Part shown: in pieces, positions 59,174 to 64,000 of the stretch
Layout: every line of letters starts with the position of its first letter
How positions within the stretch are numbered: position 1 is the stretch's first letter
Source of the DNA: an uncultured Holophagales bacterium
GTDB lineage: Bacteria > Acidobacteriota > Thermoanaerobaculia > Multivoradales > UBA5704
DNA length: 64,000 bases
NCBI GenBank assembly: GCA_963842525.1
Contig: CAWJGT010000011.1
Coordinates: 128,001-192,000 of the forward strand
Reading direction: 5' to 3'
Notes under the pieces: generated by a model
Seen by the model: the letters and a program-made list of their open reading frames with translations, nothing else
Databases searched by the model: none
Told to the model about the DNA's origin: nothing
Translations under genes and position numbers: made by a program

Positions 59174-60079
59174 GTGATGAAGAGCAGTGAGGGATTCGCG
59201 TTCGTCCGGCCGGGCCTCCACCTCTACTACCGCATTCTCGGGGAGGGGGCGGAAACGGTCGTGGTGCCCAATGCCAACTGGCTGTGGGAAGCCTTGCAGC
59301 CTTTGGCCGAGACCCGCCGCCTGATCCTCTACGACCCGCGCAGCCGGGGCCGCTCGAGCGCCGTCACCGATCCCCGGCAGCTCAGCCTGGAGGACGACAT
59401 CGAGGACCTGGAGGCCATCCGCCGCTATTTCGGCCTCGACCGGATGACCCTGTTCGGCGCCTCCTACCATGCCGCCGTCACGGCGCTCTATGCCGCGGAC
59501 AACCCCGGCCGGGTCGAGCGGATGCTGCTCGTCTGCCCGATCACGCCGTGCCAGCCCGGCGAATGGGTGCAGGAGACACCCACGCCGGAGGAGCTGATCC
59601 ATCCGCCCGGCATCGCGCGCCTCGCCGAGCTCCACGACGAAGGGATCGACCAGGAGGATCCGGCAGCCTTCTGCCGCGCCTGGTTCACCCATTTCCTGCT
59701 GCCGGCGCAGATGGGCGAGCTGACCGCCGTGTCCCGCTTCCCGGTGCACGACGTCTGCGCCTTCCCCAACGAATGGCCGCAGCGGGCGATCCCGCTCTAC
59801 TTCGAGCACATCATCCCGAACATGGCCGACTGGGACTTCCGGCCGCGCCTGGGAGCCCTGGAGATGCCGGTGCTGGTGGTCCAGGGGACGGACGACCTGG
59901 TGCCGGTCGAGGCGTCGCGCGAGTGGGCCGCCGCGATCCCGGGCGCGCGCTTCCTGCCGATCGAGGGCGCCGGCCACCACCCCTATCTCGAACGCCCCAA
60001 GGAGCTCTTCGCCGCCGCCGAAGCCTTCCTCCAGGGCGGGTGGCCGGAAGGGGCGGAGACGATCGGGCAGGCTTCGTAA
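59174..60079 (+). CDS. Alpha/beta hydrolase (proline iminopeptidase-like)
   Basis: 'YDPRSRGRS', 'GASYH', 'QGTDD', 'AGHHPYLE'. Confidence 0.85.
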   Translation: MMKSSEGFAFVRPGLHLYYRILGEGAETVVVPNANWLWEALQPLAETRRLILYDPRSRGRSSAVTDPRQLSLEDDIEDLEAIRRYFGLDRMTLFGASYHAAVTALYAADNPGRVERMLLVCPITPCQPGEWVQETPTPEELIHPPGIARLAELHDEGIDQEDPAAFCRAWFTHFLLPAQMGELTAVSRFPVHDVCAFPNEWPQRAIPLYFEHIIPNMADWDFRPRLGALEMPVLVVQGTDDLVPVEASREWAAAIPGARFLPIEGAGHHPYLERPKELFAAAEAFLQGGWPEGAETIGQAS

Positions 60080-60091
60080 GAACCGGGCGGA

Positions 60092-60640
60092 TCAGGAAGG
60101 GGCTTCTTGACGCCCCTCGAGCTCGAGAAGCCAGCGCTTGCGCTCGTCCCCGCCGACATAGGAGCCGACGGAGGTATCGCCGATCACCCGGTGGCAGGGG
60201 ATCAGGATGGGGATGGGGTTCTCCAGGAGGACCGCGGCCACCTGCAGACCCGCCTCCGGGGTGCCGATGGCCTCGGCCATGGTCTGGTAGGTGCGCGTCC
60301 GGCCGTACGGGATCTTGGCCGTCTCCTTGAGGACCCGGCGCGTGAAGCCGTTGACCCCGCAGGGCCCGAGGTCGAAGCCCACCTCGAGCTTGCGGCGCGC
60401 GCCGGCGAAATATTCGGAAAGCCGGCCGAAGACCTCGTCGAGGAAGTCCGAGCCCTCGATCCGGCACAGCGGCACGAAGGTGGAGCGGTCCGGCTCCGCG
60501 GGCTCGATCCGCACGCGTGTCACCGCCGTCCCGGTCAGCTCGACCCCCAGGACACCGATCGGCGAGGGCATCAGCACCCGCCACGATTGCGCTGCGCTCT
60601 CCGCCGGCGGAGAGCAGCTCGTTTCCTGCTTGCCCAACAT
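60092..60640 (-). CDS. ogt: Methylated-DNA-[protein]-cysteine S-methyltransferase
   Basis: 'IPYGRTRTY', 'NPIPILIPCHRVI'. Confidence 0.9.
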   Translation of the reverse strand: MLGKQETSCSPPAESAAQSWRVLMPSPIGVLGVELTGTAVTRVRIEPAEPDRSTFVPLCRIEGSDFLDEVFGRLSEYFAGARRKLEVGFDLGPCGVNGFTRRVLKETAKIPYGRTRTYQTMAEAIGTPEAGLQVAAVLLENPIPILIPCHRVIGDTSVGSYVGGDERKRWLLELEGRQEAPS

Positions 60641-60894
60641 CGGGGAAAGAGGTTAGCGCATGATGGCTGGAGTGACAACACGGCCCCTCCAAGCTCCCTC
60701 TACGGAGCCGGCATTCCGGCCGGATCACGCCGAAAGGGGAACCTCGATCGGCACGTGCTCGACCCACGGCAGGAGCAAATTTTCTCTCTGGCCGGCGCAT
60801 CTGTCCTTGATTTAGCTCCACAAAGAGAAAAGAACTCGCCGTCACCGGCAACGGACGTTGTTCTCGTAAACCACTCAGCGCCAAGGACTTATGC

Positions 60895-60930
60895 TTGATA
60901 ATCGCGCCGGCTTCCGGATAGATTGCGCCC
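60895..60930 (+). promoter_or_regulatory. Leaderless-type promoter of XRE gene 1
   Basis: TTGATA-N18-TAGATT-N6-ATG; same layout at 61658-61693. Confidence 0.5.
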
Positions 60931-61467
60931 ATGGGAGACATGTTCGCCTACGTCGGCGAGACGTTGCGCCGCCTCCGGAAAGAGCGCGGCAAGACTCTGG
61001 AAGAGCTCGGTGCGGAGGCCGGCCTCGGCCGCGGCCAGCTCTCCCGGATCGAGAACGCCCGGCAGGAGGCGACGCTCTCCACCCTCGCCAAGATCCTGGG
61101 CTCGCAGGGCGTCAGCCGCCGCGAGTTCTTCCGCCGCTACGACCTCGTGGAGACCGAGGGGAGGGCGGCCGCCCGGGCCGGAGCCCAGCCTGGCGAGACC
61201 GCTCCCGCACCGACCGGCCTGCCCTGGCCCGAAGAGATCCGCGAGGTCCTCGGTAAGGTCGAGTCCTTCGTGAGCATGACCTTCCGCCAGCCCCGCCCCG
61301 TGGCGCAGGGCGCGGTCGAGATCGGCGACTTCGTCGTCCTGTTCCGCGTGGTGCCGAAAGAGGCGCCGGAGGCCCGGGAGGAGAGCGAGGCCTTGGAGCC
61401 CGCTCCCCCGGCCGCCGAGGAGCCCGCGCCCGCCTCCGGCCGCAAGCGCCGCAGCCGCAAACGCTGA
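60931..61467 (+). CDS. XRE-family HTH regulator
   Basis: 'LRRLRKERGKTLEELG..QLSRIENA'. Confidence 0.85.
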   Translation: MGDMFAYVGETLRRLRKERGKTLEELGAEAGLGRGQLSRIENARQEATLSTLAKILGSQGVSRREFFRRYDLVETEGRAAARAGAQPGETAPAPTGLPWPEEIREVLGKVESFVSMTFRQPRPVAQGAVEIGDFVVLFRVVPKEAPEAREESEALEPAPPAAEEPAPASGRKRRSRKR

Positions 61468-61657
61468 GATCAGCCTCAGTCCCCATGCTTCCGGCCCGCG
61501 AAGTTTTGCTTCCGGGGCCGCCGCAAAATTCGCGGAACGACACTTTCGTAGCGCATTCCGGATATAGACACCTCTATGTGTAGTCTAAATCGACTATCAG
61601 TGTTCTGCACTGGCCACGATTCCAGTCCCTAAGTACTTCTTTTCTAGATATTTACGC

Positions 61658-61693
61658 TTGCTCCGGACACCGGCGTCTGGATAGATTTCCCGT
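61658..61693 (+). promoter_or_regulatory. Leaderless-type promoter of XRE gene 2
   Basis: TTGCTC-N18-TAGATT-N6-ATG. Confidence 0.5.
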
Positions 61694-62134
61694 ATGGGCA
61701 TGTTCGCCAATCTGGGCAGGACGCTCGGCCTTCTGCGCGAGCTGCGGGGCAAGAGCCAGGCTCGGGTCGCCCGCGAGGCGGGGATCGGCAAGAGCCAGCT
61801 CTCGAAATACGAGAACGGCAAGGAGCTCCCCAAGCTCGACTCGCTGGAGAAGGTGTTGCGGGCTCTCGAGGTGGGCCACTTCGAGTTCTTCTACACCCTC
61901 TACCTGGTGGACCAGCGCGCGGCCGACCTGGCCGGGACGCTGCGGGAGAACGTGCCTTCGCGCGAGCGGCTCCATTTGCCGCCGCTCCTCACCCAGGGGA
62001 GCCCGCTGCTCGCCGAGTCCACGGACCAGGCCTTCAAGCAGGTGTTCGTCGACCTGCTGTCGCTCTACCGCCGCATGTTCGAGCAGATCGTCTTCGGCCC
62101 GCCGCGCGAGACGGGCGCGGACGGGGCGGACTGA
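61694..62134 (+). CDS. XRE-family HTH regulator
   Basis: '[33 protein letters not shown]'. Confidence 0.88.
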   Translation: MGMFANLGRTLGLLRELRGKSQARVAREAGIGKSQLSKYENGKELPKLDSLEKVLRALEVGHFEFFYTLYLVDQRAADLAGTLRENVPSRERLHLPPLLTQGSPLLAESTDQAFKQVFVDLLSLYRRMFEQIVFGPPRETGADGAD

Positions 62135-62170
62135 GCTCAGAGGGGTGTCTGGAAAGTCCCCGCGCGCGGG

Positions 62171-62306
62171 CCCTCACCCCCCTGGCCCCCCTCTCCCATC
62201 CGCACTCACACCCGCCCGGGAGAGGGGGGAATCGAAAGGGAAGGGCGGTGGCGCCCCTCTCCCGGGGGAAGGGAGTGAGGATGGGAGAGGGGATGGGGGT
62301 GAGGGC
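62171..62306. repeat. REP doublet (CCCTCACCCC family) between convergent genes
   Basis: Forward copy 62171-62230 and inverted copy ending GGGGGTGAGGG. Confidence 0.75.
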
Positions 62307-62310
62307 TCCG

Positions 62311-63015
62311 CTAACCCGGCGCCACCCGGACCCGCAGCTCCTCCCAGCGCGCGTCAGCGAGCTCGCCGCCGAGGTCGGCGTCGCCTTCGCAGGGCCGGTC
62401 GGGGATCCACCGGCAGGGGATGCGGAAGGTGGTCGCGCCGGCCAGCGGGAAGGGGTCGAGGAAGACCGTGCCGTCGCGCACCCGGCCGCGCACGCCGTGG
62501 CGCTCGAACCGCTCGCTCCAGGCGTTGCAGACCGCGAGCGAAATCAGGTCGGCCCGGTCGAGGAGCCGGTAGTCGGCCGCGGTCTCGTCCTCGGAGGCGT
62601 CCGCGGCCTGCCGCAGCTCCTGCTCGCGCTCCCGCATCCGGTCGAGGAATTCCGCCCACTCCTCCTCGCCGCCGCGGTCCCGGTGGAGGTGGATCGCATG
62701 GCGGACGATGAGCAGGGCGGCGTAGGGGTGCTGCCGGGCGAAGCGGGCCGTGCCGCGCTCCCAGATGGCGATCCGGTCCGGCCGCGGCAGGGTGAGGAAG
62801 TCGTGGGGCCGTCCCTTCGCGGGATTGCAGCGCGGCGCGGCGTCGGCCTCGCGCCAGCCGTTGTCGTGCTCGCGCACCGCGAAGAGCAGCTCCGCCCGCC
62901 GCGGATGGTCCGGCATCCCCTCGGCGCGCCAGAGCGACATCAGCTCGCCCGAGAACCAGGCGTGGTCGGGCTGGGTGACGAGCCGCAGCCGGCGCTCCTC
63001 GGGCACGACGATCAT
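62311..63015 (-). CDS. DUF3891 family protein
   Basis: 'TQPDHA', 'HDNGW', 'YAALL..H', 'DLISL', 'DPFPL'. Confidence 0.75.
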   Translation of the reverse strand: MIVVPEERRLRLVTQPDHAWFSGELMSLWRAEGMPDHPRRAELLFAVREHDNGWREADAAPRCNPAKGRPHDFLTLPRPDRIAIWERGTARFARQHPYAALLIVRHAIHLHRDRGGEEEWAEFLDRMREREQELRQAADASEDETAADYRLLDRADLISLAVCNAWSERFERHGVRGRVRDGTVFLDPFPLAGATTFRIPCRWIPDRPCEGDADLGGELADARWEELRVRVAPG

Positions 63016-63039
63016 GGCGCGAGCTTATACTGGCGCCCC

Positions 63040-64000
63040 ATGAAAAAAGTCAGCCCGGAGGACGCCCTCGAATACCACGCCCGCGGACGCAGGGGGAAGA
63101 TCCAGGTCGTGCCCACCAAGCCGACCTCCACTCAGTGGGACCTGTCCCTCGCCTACAGCCCCGGCGTCGCCTACCCCTGCAAGGAGATCGAGAGAGACCC
63201 GCTGCTCGCCTACCGCTATACCGCCAAGGGCAACCTGGTTGCCGTGATCAGCAACGGCACCGCCGTCCTCGGCCTGGGCAATATCGGTGCCCTGGCCGGC
63301 AAACCGGTCATGGAGGGCAAGGCGGTCCTCTTCAAGCGCTTCGCCGACATCGACGTCTTCGACATCGAGGTGGCCACCGAGGACACCGAGGAATTCATCC
63401 GCACCGTCAGGCTCCTCGAGCCGACCTTCGGCGGCATCAACCTGGAGGACATCCGCGCCCCCCAGTGCTTCGAGATCGAGCGCCGTCTCAAGGCGGAGAT
63501 GAGCATCCCGGTCTTCCACGACGACCAGCACGGCACGGCGATCATCTCGGGCGCGGCCCTGCTCAACGCCCTGGAGCTGGCCGGCAAGAAGATCGACGAG
63601 GTGCGGATCGTCTTCTCCGGCGCCGGCGCGGCGGCCCTCTCCTGCGCCAAGCTCTACATGATGCTCGGAGCGCGGCCGGAGAACCTCCTCGTCTGCGACA
63701 GCAAGGGCGTCATCTACCGCGGGCGGACCGAGGCCATGGACCCCTACAAGGAGGAGTTCGCCGTCGAGACCGACCTGCGCACCCTGGCCGAGGCCCTGGT
63801 GGACGCAGACGTCTTCATCGGCCTCTCCGTCGGCGGCGTCGTCACCCCGGAGATGATCCGTCCCATGGCGCGCGACCCGATCCTCTTCGCCATGGCCAAC
63901 CCCGATCCCGAGATCGGCTACGACGACGCCAAGGCCGCCCGGCCGGACGCCATCGTCGCCACCGGCCGCAGCGACTACCCGAACCAGGTCAACAACGTGC
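63040..64000 (+). CDS. maeB: NADP-dependent malic enzyme (3' end outside window)
   Basis: Manual translation: '[11 protein letters not shown]', '[10 protein letters not shown]', '[13 protein letters not shown]', 'HDDQHGTA', 'GAGAA', '[14 protein letters not shown]'. Confidence 0.93.
   Translation, partial: MKKVSPEDALEYHARGRRGKIQVVPTKPTSTQWDLSLAYSPGVAYPCKEIERDPLLAYRYTAKGNLVAVISNGTAVLGLGNIGALAGKPVMEGKAVLFKRFADIDVFDIEVATEDTEEFIRTVRLLEPTFGGINLEDIRAPQCFEIERRLKAEMSIPVFHDDQHGTAIISGAALLNALELAGKKIDEVRIVFSGAGAAALSCAKLYMMLGARPENLLVCDSKGVIYRGRTEAMDPYKEEFAVETDLRTLAEALVDADVFIGLSVGGVVTPEMIRPMARDPILFAMANPDPEIGYDDAKAARPDAIVATGRSDYPNQVNNV

Noticed and set aside
60931-62134. Prophage immunity region
   Set aside because: No integrase, structural or replication phage genes nearby; regulators are co-oriented among host genes.

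Overview
High-GC bacterial window. The gene content suggests an Acidobacteriota/Thermoanaerobaculia-like host (inference only). Core-like genes: end of a type IV minor-pilin operon (PilW/PilX-like, PilY1), a sigma54 response regulator, selA, amidase, hydrolases, a cysM-mec-cysO-moeZ sulfur-carrier cluster, miaE, ogt, two XRE regulators and the start of maeB. Accessory material: a heavily frameshifted type I R-M system, TA modules, an RNA ligase, IS66, IS110, a group II intron, several REP-like palindrome families and three arrays with a ~21-nt period. The main unexplained signal is a non-coding element of up to ~450 bp present three times clearly (10919-11379 +, 50785-51235 +, 43583-46298 - split by IS66) and once divergently (12139-12309 -). 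The three clear copies carry a TTGACG-N17-TAnnnT promoter 141-152 bp upstream of a GTT recombination-core-like end. All four are followed by lower-GC, cassette-like ORFs, and two of those runs contain textbook attC sites, yet no intI is visible. This looks like a dispersed, integrase-less Pc-attI landing platform. Also notable: a group II intron inserted exactly in an attC core on the top strand, an IS110 whose bridge-RNA target and donor guides can be read in its right end, and a secreted peptide with two DTGMxIDxHG repeats next to a Zn-finger/TPR protein. Many single-base frameshifts may be sequencing errors. All alignments were done by eye.
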